Positions 1-9,403 of a stretch of DNA of 64,000 nt are shown one piece after another (positions within the stretch are counted from its first letter, which is position 1; each line of letters begins with the position of its first letter). The position numbers and the translations under genes were made by a program. The stretch is taken from positions 11,801 to 75,800 of the forward strand of contig JBDRJF010000001.1 of the NCBI GenBank assembly GCA_043815185.1, given 5' to 3'. The notes beneath the pieces were generated by a model that saw nothing but the letters and a program-made list of their open reading frames with translations, was not told the DNA's origin and made no database searches. Origin of the DNA: Candidatus Omnitrophota bacterium. GTDB lineage: Bacteria; Omnitrophota; Gorgyraeia; Duberdicusellales; 4484-171.

Positions 1-1590
1 CTCAACTATATCCAGTTTCCCCTCTAAAGAAGCAGTAAACCCCTCATCCATAACCTGAGGGAAAAACTTTACTAAGAGGTCGCTAACCTTTATTCCCAGC
101 TCAGTAGGCCAAAATGCTCTTTTTTCCCTACGGGCATAATTTCTTCTAAAAAGAGTATAGATAATCGGAGCATAAGTAGACGGACGGCCAATACCTTTCT
201 CCTCCAACAACTTCACTAAAGAAGCATCATTATAACGCGCGGGTGCCTTAGTAGTATGTTCAGTAACTGCTAAATCTTCCAGTTTGACTTCCTGGCCCTG
301 TTTAAGCGGAGGGAGCGGGTTCTCAACTCCGCCCAGGCCCAAAACCTTTAAAAATCCTTCAAATAAAACCCTCTTACCTATAGCTTCAAATTCCCCGTCC
401 TCGGATACTATCCGGGCTTTATTAGACTCCAGTATTGCCTCCTTCATCAGCCCAGCTGCAAATCTTCGCCAAATTAATTCGTATAATTTAGCTTCATCAG
501 CAACAACCAGTTTTGCTATATCTTGAGGCTGACGAAAAATACTGGTTGGCCTTATTGCCTCATGAGCTAACTGAGCGCCCTTTTTTTTCCGGTAATGGTA
601 TTCATGTAACGATAAGTAGCCCTCGCCGAACTCATCTTTGATGAATTCTCTGGCTTCTTTTCTGGCAGCTCCACTTATATGGAAAGAATCAGTACGCATA
701 TAAGTAATCAGCCCTACGCTTTTATTCCCAATCTGAATTCCTTCATACAGCTTCTGAGCTAAAAACATTGTCTTCTGGGCCGACAACCTTAAATAATTAA
801 AGGCTTCTTGCTGAAGCAGAGAAGTAATAAAGGGTGGCGGGGGTTTGCGTTTAATTTCTTTTCTGGTCAGCTCATTTATCAAGAAACTCTCGCTTTTTAG
901 TTTTTTAAGACACTCTTCTGCTTCTTCCCTGCTTTCAAAAACTCTTTTCTTCTTCTTATATTTACTAAGCTTTGCCTTAAATAGACTGGAACCAGCCCTA
1001 AATGTTGCTTCTAAGGAAAATGTAGTCTTAGGCAGAAAATTCCTAATCTCCTTTTCTCTCTCAACGATAAATTTTAAAGCAATTGACTGTACTCTTCCCG
1101 CAGATAAACCTCGCACTATTCTTTTCCAAAGAAGCGGCGATAAACGATAACCCACTATCCGGTCTAAGACCCTGCGGGCTATTTGGGAATTAACCTTGTC
1201 TATATCTATCTGGCTGTGCTTCTTAAATGCCTTGGTTAAGGCCTCCTCGGTTATCTCATGAAAAACAACCCGATAAAACTTCATGTTTTTAGTTGCTAAT
1301 CTTTGTTTTATATGCCAACTAATAGCCTCACCTTCCCGATCAGGGTCAGTGGCCAGATAAATAGCTTTTTTACCCTTAGCCTTTTTCTTTAACTGGCTGA
1401 TTATCTTCTCCTTTCCGGGAATAATCTGATAGACTGGTTCAAATCTATTCTCAATATCAACCGAGAGTTTATTGGCTGGCAGGTCAATTAAATGCCCCAT
1501 GGAAGAAGTTACTTCATACTCTTTGCCCAGTATCGAAGAAATCGTCTTGGCTTTAGTTGGTGATTCGACAATTACTAAGTATTTACTCAT
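1..1590 (-). CDS. topA: DNA topoisomerase I (type IA), 3' end runs off the window
   Basis: Hand translation from ATG at 1590 gives MSKYLVIVESPTKAKTISSILG...SSMGHLIDLP and later LATDPDREGEAISWH, SAGRVQS, LITYMRTDS. dprA-topA synteny is typical. Confidence 0.96.
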   Translation of the reverse strand, partial: MSKYLVIVESPTKAKTISSILGKEYEVTSSMGHLIDLPANKLSVDIENRFEPVYQIIPGKEKIISQLKKKAKGKKAIYLATDPDREGEAISWHIKQRLATKNMKFYRVVFHEITEEALTKAFKKHSQIDIDKVNSQIARRVLDRIVGYRLSPLLWKRIVRGLSAGRVQSIALKFIVEREKEIRNFLPKTTFSLEATFRAGSSLFKAKLSKYKKKKRVFESREEAEECLKKLKSESFLINELTRKEIKRKPPPPFITSLLQQEAFNYLRLSAQKTMFLAQKLYEGIQIGNKSVGLITYMRTDSFHISGAARKEAREFIKDEFGEGYLSLHEYHYRKKKGAQLAHEAIRPTSIFRQPQDIAKLVVADEAKLYELIWRRFAAGLMKEAILESNKARIVSEDGEFEAIGKRVLFEGFLKVLGLGGVENPLPPLKQGQEVKLEDLAVTEHTTKAPARYNDASLVKLLEEKGIGRPSTYAPIIYTLFRRNYARREKRAFWPTELGIKVSDLLVKFFPQVMDEGFTASLEGKLDIVE

Positions 1591-1601
1591 GTTTCATGCT
1601 C

Positions 1602-2492
1602 TCAATTTACACTTACCGGTTGTCTAACTCCTGCTATATCCATCTCTGCCAATATATCTTCCACGCAATCAACTAACTTTGCCCCTTCCTTGATCAAGAT
1701 ATGTGTACCCTTACTTAAGGGAGAGTTTACACTCCCGGGAATAGCAAAAACTTCTCGATTCTGCTCACAGGCTAGATGGGCAGTTATCAGCGCGCCGCTA
1801 CGCGAACCAGCTTCTACAACCAATACTCCTCGGGACATCCCGCTTACGATTCGGTTCCGGCGGGGAAAGTTTTCCTTCAAAGGTGCTGTAAGCATGGGGA
1901 ATTCCGAAATAACTGCTCCTCTGGCAATAATCTCATCAACTAACCTTGTGTTTTCCCGAGGATAAATATTTAACAAACCACTACCAAGAACAGCTATAGT
2001 TTCCCCGTTTTGGATTGCCTGACGATGAGCAGCAGTATCGATTCCTTTGGCTAAACCTGATATGATAACCATACCCTTCCGGCAAAGCTGAGCCGTAAAA
2101 TCTTTAGTTATCGAGATACCGTAACTGGTAGGCTTACGGCTACCGACGATAGCCAATGAAAATTTATCCAAAATCGCCCGGCTGCCCTTAAGATAAAGCA
2201 CTAACGGCGGGCTGCTTATTTCTTTCAGCAGCTGGGGATAATCAGAATCAAAAATATCTATACAATCTACCTTTTCTTGGGCGATTAACTCCAATTCCCG
2301 GCCGAAAATTGCGGAAGCTCTTAAAGCCAGGATTCTTTTAATATCTTCGTCCTGAAAGTAAGCAATACTCTTAAAATCACTAACCCCGGCCTTAAATATC
2401 CAATCAATATCTTCGAAGCAAGAAAGAATGCCAGAAATTTTCCCCGGGCTTAAATTTAAGAGGTTGAGCAGAATCGTACCTTTCTTAGCCAT
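1602..2492 (-). CDS. dprA: DNA-processing protein DprA
   Basis: AIVGSR, ISGLAKGIDTAAH, FPRRNRIVSG, VVEAGSRSGALITA motifs. Confidence 0.96.
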   Translation of the reverse strand: MAKKGTILLNLLNLSPGKISGILSCFEDIDWIFKAGVSDFKSIAYFQDEDIKRILALRASAIFGRELELIAQEKVDCIDIFDSDYPQLLKEISSPPLVLYLKGSRAILDKFSLAIVGSRKPTSYGISITKDFTAQLCRKGMVIISGLAKGIDTAAHRQAIQNGETIAVLGSGLLNIYPRENTRLVDEIIARGAVISEFPMLTAPLKENFPRRNRIVSGMSRGVLVVEAGSRSGALITAHLACEQNREVFAIPGSVNSPLSKGTHILIKEGAKLVDCVEDILAEMDIAGVRQPVSVN

Positions 2493-2991
2493 TGTTTAAA
2501 ATCGCTATAATTTTATTAGCAATTTCTTCCGGAGATAGGTTGTCGGTACCAATTGAGTAGTCAGCCTGGGCATAGTAAGAAGCCCTCTTCTCAAGCAATT
2601 GTTTAATCTTCTCTTGGGGATTATCAACATTGAGAATCGGACGATGGGTATGTTCTTTTGTTCTTTGGTAAATTGTCGAAACTGATGCTGTCAAGGCAAA
2701 TACTACCCCGGTTTCCTTAAGCTGTTTGAGGTTTCCCTGATCACAGATAAGCCCACCGCCGCAGCTAATCACCAAGCCTTCCCTTTTACTCAACTCTCCC
2801 AGCAATGTCTTCTCAAGCTTACGAAAGTAAGTCTCCCCCTCTTTAGCAAATATATCGGCAATTTTGGAGCCCTGTTCCTTCTCGATGAGGGCATCCATCT
2901 CTACAAACTCCCGGCCCAAGGTCGTAGCCAAGTTTTGTCCGACAACCGTCTTACCACTACCCATAAACCCTACTAAATAGATATTTTTCAT
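2485..2991 (-). CDS. aroK: Shikimate kinase
   Basis: GFMGSGKT P-loop, GETYFR, SCGGG, RP motifs. Confidence 0.95.
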   Translation of the reverse strand: MKNIYLVGFMGSGKTVVGQNLATTLGREFVEMDALIEKEQGSKIADIFAKEGETYFRKLEKTLLGELSKREGLVISCGGGLICDQGNLKQLKETGVVFALTASVSTIYQRTKEHTHRPILNVDNPQEKIKQLLEKRASYYAQADYSIGTDNLSPEEIANKIIAILNNG

Positions 2992-3147
2992 CTCTTAGCT
3001 ACAATGGTTCTTCTATGCTCCTATTACCTCTTTCCCTCATCTTAAAGCTTTGTTGTCCAGCACTGGTAATGATGGATATAATATATTATTGAGGCTTCGC
3101 CTCAATAGTCTTGCTTCGCAAGATTATATACATCTCTTAGCTACAAT
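2989..3147. repeat. 17-bp exact direct repeat CATCTCTTAGCTACAAT (2989-3005 and 3131-3147)
   Basis: Read directly. The first copy contains the aroK start codon, and the similarity continues imperfectly for about 12 more bases. Confidence 0.9.
3071..3134. repeat. Y-shaped palindromic repeat, copy 1
   Basis: Outer stem GATGGATATAAT/ATTATATACATC encloses hairpins TATTGAGGC-TTC-GCCTCAATA and TCTTGC-TTC-GCAAGA. Confidence 0.8.
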
Positions 3148-3162
3148 AGTCCTTTTTGCCTG

Positions 3163-3212
3163 CGGTTGAGGCTAAGCCTCAACCGACTCGGCCTTGGGCC
3201 GAAATTGTATAC
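3163..3212. repeat. Y-shaped palindromic repeat, copy 2 (left outer arm missing)
   Basis: CGGTTGAGGC-TAA-GCCTCAACCG, then TCGGCC-TTG-GGCCGA, then ATTGTATACA. Confidence 0.75.
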
Positions 3213-3223
3213 ACAAGTATTAT

Positions 3224-3252
3224 ATTATCAAGGCAATTGAAGAGTTTGTCAA
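3224..3252 (-). promoter_or_regulatory. Sigma70-type promoter upstream of aroK-dprA-topA
   Basis: Minus strand TTGACA-17 nt-GATAAT. Confidence 0.6.
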
Positions 3253-3333
3253 GTTAGATGGTAGTAAAAGCTGCTCTGGCTGTAAAAATAAGCTTTCAGA
3301 CCGAGAAAAAGGAGTGATTTTTAAGGATTTTGG

Positions 3334-4497
3334 TTATTTTCCGTACTTCTTTATAAGGGCAAGGGCGATGATATTCCGCTGGATTTGATTTGTGCCTTCG
3401 TAAATCTGGGTTATTTTTGCATCCCGCATGAACTTCTCCACCGGATAATCCCGCATATAGCCGTAGCCGCCGTAAATCTGGACCGCATTAGTGGTTACCT
3501 CCATTGCCACATCAGAAGCAAAAAGCTTGGCTGCAGCAGAAGCCGGCCCCACATTCTTCAGGCCCCGGTCTACCATTGAAGCAGCACTATAGACTAAACT
3601 CCTGGCTGCTTCTATTTTAGTAGCCATATCAGCCAGCATCCATTGTATCCCCTGAAAAGAACTGATGGTTTTGCCAAATTGAACTCTCTGATGGGCGTAG
3701 GCAATAGCAAGCTCTAAGGCCCCTTGGCCGATGCCTACGGCTTGAGCTGCCACACCCGGACGGGACTGATCAAAAGTTTTCATAGTGGCAATAAAACCTA
3801 TGCCTTCTTTAGCTCCCAGAAGATTATCTTTGGGAACCTTAACATCATTAAAAATCAGCTCACCGGTAGAAGAGGCTCTGATCCCCAGCTTCTCTTCCTT
3901 CTTACCAAAGGTAAATCCTTTCATACCCTTGTCTAAAATAAAAGCTGATACCCCGCGCGGCCCCCTGCTTTTATCAGTAACTGCAATCACAGTATAAACT
4001 TCAGCATCTCCGCCATTAGTAATAAAATGCTTGGTCCCGTTGAGGATGTAGTGGCCTCCCTCCTTCTTGGCGGTGGTTTTTACAGCGGCGGCATCAGAAC
4101 CGGCTTCCGGTTCAGTTAAGGCAAAAGCAGCTAATTTTTTCCCCGATGCGATGTCAGGAAGATATTTCTTCTTCTGCTCTTCAGTGCCAAAAAACAATAT
4201 CGGGAACATTCCCAAGAAAGACGCCGCATAAGTGGTAGCAATCCCGCCGTCAACACGGGAGATTTCCTCGGTAGCAAGACATAACTCTAAGAGGCCGGTT
4301 CCCATCCCCCCGTAGGCTTCAGGTATACATAGCGAAAAAAGATCAGCTTGGCCTAAAGTCTTGATAATGTCAGCCGAAAACTCTTCTTTCTCATCAAGCT
4401 CTTTCGACTGCGGTCTTATCTTTTCCTCAGCAATTTGACGGCATAAATCGCGTAAAATTTCCTGGTCTTCAGTTAAGGGATAATTAATTAATGACAT
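3334..4497 (-). CDS. Acyl-CoA dehydrogenase (short-chain/butyryl-CoA type)
   Basis: AFALTEPEAGSDA, NGTKHFITNG, RVQFG, GGYGY, QIYEGTNQIQR with catalytic Glu. Confidence 0.93.
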   Translation of the reverse strand: MSLINYPLTEDQEILRDLCRQIAEEKIRPQSKELDEKEEFSADIIKTLGQADLFSLCIPEAYGGMGTGLLELCLATEEISRVDGGIATTYAASFLGMFPILFFGTEEQKKKYLPDIASGKKLAAFALTEPEAGSDAAAVKTTAKKEGGHYILNGTKHFITNGGDAEVYTVIAVTDKSRGPRGVSAFILDKGMKGFTFGKKEEKLGIRASSTGELIFNDVKVPKDNLLGAKEGIGFIATMKTFDQSRPGVAAQAVGIGQGALELAIAYAHQRVQFGKTISSFQGIQWMLADMATKIEAARSLVYSAASMVDRGLKNVGPASAAAKLFASDVAMEVTTNAVQIYGGYGYMRDYPVEKFMRDAKITQIYEGTNQIQRNIIALALIKKYGK

Positions 4498-4515
4498 CCT
4501 GAATCCTCCTTCCTC

Positions 4516-5781
4516 TTAATGTTGTTTCTGTCTGCCAACAGCCAGCTCAGAATTTAAAAGCTGGGGTATAATTTCCGAAAGTGTGGGATGAATAAAAAGG
4601 CATCTCTTTAAACTATCTAAGCTTAGATTATTCCTGATACAAAGGGAAAATATACTAATCAGCTCAGCCGAAGCCTGCGAGATTATCCCGGCACCAATAA
4701 TCTTCTTCCTTTTGTCAATAAGAATTTCGATAAAGCCATCAGTGTCGCCATAAACATAGGCTGAAGAGAATCTTAAGAAATTTGACTTTACCAGCCTGTA
4801 TTTTATGCCTCTGGTTTTAGCCTCCTCCTCTAATATTCCTACTTTAGCTAAAGAAGGAGAAGAAAACACGCACTCACTAAGCCCCTGGTAATCCTCTTTA
4901 CGCTTCTTACCTTTAATGTTATCAATGCAGATACCGGCTTGATATTCTGCAACATAAGCAAGAAGTTTTCTGCCGGTAATATCACCACAGGCATAAATAT
5001 TCTTTATATTTGTCCTTAAATACTTATTGGCCACAAGCCATCCCTGGGGACTCTTGACTAAACCAATTGCTTCAGCTCCTAAACCCTCTAAATTAGGGAC
5101 TCTTCCCACTGCCGAGATAACCAGATCGAAATCATTTAGATTATAGCCATCAATATCCTGACCGGTAGCAATATTTATTCCTTTGCTTTCTAAAATTACC
5201 CTCAAGCGCTGGGCCAGGTAAGGATCAAAAGAAGGTAAGATTTGCTCTTCCTTCTCTACTAAATAAACACTCTTGCCAAATCCCTGCAGAAGTGATGCTG
5301 TCTCAACTCCAATATAACCAGCTCCAATGATAAGAATCTTATCCCCAAAAGTCTCTTTAGAAAATATCTCCTCAGCAAAAATAACCCGGGGACTTTTAAG
5401 ACTTGGCTTGGGAGAAGAACCAGTAGCAATGATAATATTTTTTGCCTTGATAGTCTTACCATCTGCAACTAAACTATTTTTGCCTAAAAGCTGTGCGCTT
5501 CCCCAAACTAGATCAAGCCCTTGCTTCTCTAATAGTGCCAACAAGGATAATTTTATCTTTTTAGTGAGTGTCTGGCTTTGGTTAAAAGTATCCGGCCAGG
5601 TTTTATGCGCCTGGCTGGATTTAAGAAAAAACTTGGTAGGAATACAGCCTTGATTAAGACAAGTTCCGCCTAAACTATCTTTTTCTTTTTCAATCAAAAC
5701 TGTCCGTAACCCTGCTTTTTTTGCTTCTTTGGCGCAGGTAATGCCGGCAGCTCCGGCACCAATTATTGCTAGTTCATACAT
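4516..5781 (-). CDS. lpdA: Dihydrolipoamide dehydrogenase-like disulfide oxidoreductase (compact)
   Basis: IIGAGAAG, GGTCLNQGCIP redox disulfide, GAGYIG, C-terminal HPTLSE. Confidence 0.8.
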   Translation of the reverse strand: MYELAIIGAGAAGITCAKEAKKAGLRTVLIEKEKDSLGGTCLNQGCIPTKFFLKSSQAHKTWPDTFNQSQTLTKKIKLSLLALLEKQGLDLVWGSAQLLGKNSLVADGKTIKAKNIIIATGSSPKPSLKSPRVIFAEEIFSKETFGDKILIIGAGYIGVETASLLQGFGKSVYLVEKEEQILPSFDPYLAQRLRVILESKGINIATGQDIDGYNLNDFDLVISAVGRVPNLEGLGAEAIGLVKSPQGWLVANKYLRTNIKNIYACGDITGRKLLAYVAEYQAGICIDNIKGKKRKEDYQGLSECVFSSPSLAKVGILEEEAKTRGIKYRLVKSNFLRFSSAYVYGDTDGFIEILIDKRKKIIGAGIISQASAELISIFSLCIRNNLSLDSLKRCLFIHPTLSEIIPQLLNSELAVGRQKQH

Positions 5782-6692
5782 TGTTTAAACAGTTTAGCGG
5801 CCTTTATTAATTCTTTCTTCTCCTGAACGCTTAATTTAGTTTCCACAATCTTATCCGCACCCTTGCGATTAATTATACAGGGAACACCCAAACAAATATT
5901 ATTTAACCCGTACTCGCCTCGTAAGTACACCGAAACCGGGATTATTACGTTAGCATCTTTCATGATTGCTTCAATCAAGGAACAGCAAGATAAGGCCGGA
6001 GCAAAATTAGCACTTCTATTCTTTAAGTGCCCGAGGATTTCCGCCCCTCTCTGCTGAGTGCGTTCTCGTATCAGCCGGGACTCCTTACTGTTCAAAACTT
6101 TAGAAAGCTGTTTACCTCTGACCCTTATCCTCTGTAAAGGCACAATCATATCTTTACTGTGCGGTCCGTAAGCAAAACCTTCTAAGGAAGCTACCGGAAC
6201 TTTAGTCGCCTTATAAATAATATTAAGAAGACGGCTGGTATCCAAGGATGAACCCATCCCAATTACTCTCTGAGGCTTAAACTTAGTTTCACGGGCGATG
6301 AGGTAAGTGATAAAGTCTAAAGGGTTAGTTACTACGATTACTATAGCAGCCGGCGCATACTTTTTTATTTTCCGGGATAGATCTTTGGCGATTTGAGAAT
6401 TAATCCTTAAAAGATCTATGCGGGTCATCCCTTTTTTCCGGGCAATACCGGCAGTAAATACTACTATGTCTGAATTCCTAATTAAAGAGTAATCCTCTCC
6501 GCCTCTTATCCGGGTAGTAAAATTTAAAAAACCCCGGGTATCTTCCAAATCTAAACTAATTCCTTTAGCCAACCCTTTAGAGATATCAACCAGCACCAAT
6601 TCCCCGGGAGCAAGCCAGGCCAGAACATTAAAGGCTAAGCTTGAACCAACACCGCCAGTACCGATTATGGATATTTTCTTGACTGGCTTCAC
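5769..6692 (-). CDS. mdh: Malate dehydrogenase (LDH-like)
   Basis: IIGTGGVG, TAGIARKKGMTRIDL with MDH-type Arg, VTNPLD, LDTSR, catalytic His in GPHS. Confidence 0.85.
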   Translation of the reverse strand: MKPVKKISIIGTGGVGSSLAFNVLAWLAPGELVLVDISKGLAKGISLDLEDTRGFLNFTTRIRGGEDYSLIRNSDIVVFTAGIARKKGMTRIDLLRINSQIAKDLSRKIKKYAPAAIVIVVTNPLDFITYLIARETKFKPQRVIGMGSSLDTSRLLNIIYKATKVPVASLEGFAYGPHSKDMIVPLQRIRVRGKQLSKVLNSKESRLIRERTQQRGAEILGHLKNRSANFAPALSCCSLIEAIMKDANVIIPVSVYLRGEYGLNNICLGVPCIINRKGADKIVETKLSVQEKKELIKAAKLFKQCMN

Positions 6693-7783
6693 TTTTTTAG
6701 CTCCTTGATCCTCTGAACAATTGCCAAAGCAGTTTCTTTAGTTCCTACGGCAGTAGGGTCGTCTCGGTTAGGTTTAAGATCATAGGTTACAGCCAGGCCT
6801 TCTTTAATTACATCCTCGATAGCTGTTTCTAAAATTTTTGCGGCTCTTTGCTCACCAATATGTTTTAGCATCAGGCAAGCCGAAAGGATAGTGGCAATAG
6901 GATTCACCCGGTTTTTACCGGTATACTTCGGCGCACTGCCGTGAGTTGGCTCAAAAACAGCTATTTTCTCCCCGATATTGGCTCCGGCAGCTAACCCTAA
7001 CCCGCCAATGAGCCCTGCGCTTAAATCGGAAATTATATCACCGTACAAATTAGGCAAGACTAAAATATCAAAATTCCCGGGACATTTAGTCAACTGCATC
7101 GATAAATTATCAACAATAACATCATTGACTTCAACTTTTCCAGTATATTTTTTCGCCACTTCATAAAAAGTATTTAAAAATAAACCGTCGGTATACTTCA
7201 TTATGTTGGCTTTATGCACACAGCTAACTTTCTTTCTGCCATTCTTTATGGCATAGTCAAAAGCAAACCGGGAAATTCTCTCCGATGCAAAGTGTGATAT
7301 CGGTTTAATCGACAAAGCGCTGCCCTGGCGAATCTTTTTTTCGGATAAAGAATTCATCAATTCGATTATTTTTTCAGTCTGAGGATTATTATCAGCAAAC
7401 TCGATGCCAACATAAAGATCCTCGGTGTTTTCCCGGATTATTATCAGATCCACATTTTTGTGAAAAACGGTAGGGATACTAAAAGATTTAACTGGCCGCA
7501 TACAGGCATAAAGATCAAATATTTGCCTTATGGCAACATTAACCGAACGGAATCCTTTACCTACCGGAGTGGTAATCGGGCCTTTAAGGGCGACTTTGTT
7601 CTTAGCTATGGAAGCTAAAGTTTCATCGGGGAGTAATTTTCCGTAAGTTTTCAAAGCAGACTCACCGGCATAAACTATCTCCCACTTAATATCTACCCCT
7701 AAAGCTTCAATACAGCTTAAGGCCGCATCTGTTACTTCCGGACCAATACCATCACCGGGGATTAAGGTAATTTTGTAACTCAT
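6689..7783 (-). CDS. icd: Isocitrate dehydrogenase, probably NADP-dependent
   Basis: GPITTPVGKGFRSVN (isocitrate-binding Ser/Asn), RENTEDLY, HKANIMK, NLYGD, HGSAPKY and VTYD NADP signature. Confidence 0.85.
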   Translation of the reverse strand: MSYKITLIPGDGIGPEVTDAALSCIEALGVDIKWEIVYAGESALKTYGKLLPDETLASIAKNKVALKGPITTPVGKGFRSVNVAIRQIFDLYACMRPVKSFSIPTVFHKNVDLIIIRENTEDLYVGIEFADNNPQTEKIIELMNSLSEKKIRQGSALSIKPISHFASERISRFAFDYAIKNGRKKVSCVHKANIMKYTDGLFLNTFYEVAKKYTGKVEVNDVIVDNLSMQLTKCPGNFDILVLPNLYGDIISDLSAGLIGGLGLAAGANIGEKIAVFEPTHGSAPKYTGKNRVNPIATILSACLMLKHIGEQRAAKILETAIEDVIKEGLAVTYDLKPNRDDPTAVGTKETALAIVQRIKELKK

Positions 7784-7785
7784 AG

Positions 7786-8286
7786 CTAACCTACTTTAAA
7801 ACCTTTGTTTTTTTTAAGATAACTTAAAATTCCCCCAGATTTAATTAATTCTTTACGAAACTTATCCCAGGGATTAAACTCTATCGAATTCCCCCCTTCT
7901 GTTTTAATTATCCCTTTATCAAGATCAATACTGACGACCGCCTTCTCTTTTAAAGAAGAGGTATTAGCCTCTATTAGCGCCAAGCCAATATTGAAAGCAT
8001 TGCGGTAGAAGATCCGGGCAAAACTCTTGGCTGCTACACAAATTACTCCCGCCTCTTTTATAACCCAAGGAGCTTGTTCCCGCGAAGAACCCATGCCAAA
8101 ATTCTCTCCGGCAACGATGATTGATTTACCGGAAATCAGCTCCCGGTAGAAGTTTGGCCGAATATCCTCGAAAAGATATTGAGCAAGCTTCTTCATGTCA
8201 GTGATTGAGAACTTATACCTTCCCGAGATTATCCAGTCAGTATTAATATTATCGCCAAACTTAAATACTCGCCCCTTTAAAACCAT
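7786..8286 (-). CDS. LeuD/HacB-type aconitase-family hydratase small subunit
   Basis: [36 protein letters not shown]. Confidence 0.9.
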   Translation of the reverse strand: MVLKGRVFKFGDNINTDWIISGRYKFSITDMKKLAQYLFEDIRPNFYRELISGKSIIVAGENFGMGSSREQAPWVIKEAGVICVAAKSFARIFYRNAFNIGLALIEANTSSLKEKAVVSIDLDKGIIKTEGGNSIEFNPWDKFRKELIKSGGILSYLKKNKGFKVG

Positions 8287-8288
8287 AA

Positions 8289-9338
8289 TTATAAACTATC
8301 AAATTCGCTGACACTCTTAACTTTTCCCAAGGCAGCATCTTTGGTGATAATGCCTTTTTTATAAAGCATTTTTAAAGATTTATCCATAGTATGCATTCCG
8401 TATTGAGCTCCCATCTGAAGTAAAGAAGGAATCTGAGCAATATCATTTTCCCTGATTAAATTCCGTATCCCAGGAGTCGAAACCATAACTTCTGTTGCCA
8501 AAATTCTTCCTTTGGTATCAGCCCGGGGAATCAAGACTTGAGAAATTACCCCTTGCAGGCATTCAGCAAGCTGAACAGTAATTTGCCGCTGCTGGTAGGG
8601 AGGAAAAACATCAATTATTCTTTGAATAGTCTGAGGTGCATCAGGCGTATGCAAAGTAGCTAAAACCAAATGCCCGGTCTCAGCAGCAGTAAGGGTAGTA
8701 GCAATCGTGCTTAAGTCCCGCATCTCACCTACAACGATTACATCCGGATCTTGGCGAAGGGTTCTTTTTAAAGCCTCGGGAAAAGAATGAGTATCGGAAT
8801 ATAATTCGCGTTGTTTTATAATACTCTTATTATTAGTATAAATAAATTCAACCGGATCTTCAATACAAACAATCATATCTTGACGTGATTCATTAATAAA
8901 ATTAATCATTGCAGCCAAGGTTGTGCTCTTGCCGGTTCCTGTGGGTCCGGTAACCAAAACTAGGCCGTTGGGTTTTTGAATAAAATCATAAATTACATCC
9001 GGCAATCCCAACTCATCAATCACGGGAATTTTCCGGGGAACCCGCCTCAAGGCTGCTTCAGTATTGCCCTTTTGAAGATGAATATTTACTCTGAACCGAT
9101 CCATATTCTGAAGGGAGAAAGAAAAATCTAACTCTTTATCCCGCTCAAAAATAGCTTTTTGCTCATCATTCAACATGCTGTAGATTAAATTCCGGGTTGC
9201 TTCCTTATCCAAAGCAGGCGAATCAACAACCGTAAGCTGGCCGTCGATACGTAATACTGGCGGATTACCGGCAGTTATATGCAAATCACTTGCACCCTTC
9301 TCTTGGGCTATTTTAAGTAAAGCAGCTATATTGGCCAT
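8289..9338 (-). CDS. pilT: Type IV pilus retraction ATPase PilT
   Basis: ASDLHI, GPTGTGKSTT, IEDPVE, LRQDPDVIVVGEMRD, TGHLVLATLH, GIRNLIRE (AIRNLIRE motif). Confidence 0.95.
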   Translation of the reverse strand: MANIAALLKIAQEKGASDLHITAGNPPVLRIDGQLTVVDSPALDKEATRNLIYSMLNDEQKAIFERDKELDFSFSLQNMDRFRVNIHLQKGNTEAALRRVPRKIPVIDELGLPDVIYDFIQKPNGLVLVTGPTGTGKSTTLAAMINFINESRQDMIVCIEDPVEFIYTNNKSIIKQRELYSDTHSFPEALKRTLRQDPDVIVVGEMRDLSTIATTLTAAETGHLVLATLHTPDAPQTIQRIIDVFPPYQQRQITVQLAECLQGVISQVLIPRADTKGRILATEVMVSTPGIRNLIRENDIAQIPSLLQMGAQYGMHTMDKSLKMLYKKGIITKDAALGKVKSVSEFDSL

Positions 9339-9403
9339 CTTATTTACCTCCTCTGTTTATTTTTCTTATATCTTACCTATAAGATACAATAACACTAGTA
9401 ATT

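Noticed and set aside
3006-3070. Possible riboswitch or attenuator upstream of aroK
   Set aside because: No recognisable aptamer consensus, no aromatic-codon leader peptide and no terminator.
2989-3212. Possible CRISPR array or integron attC sites
   Set aside because: Only two direct-repeat copies, no regular repeat-spacer period, no cas or integrase gene, and no RYYYAAC...GTTRRRY ends.
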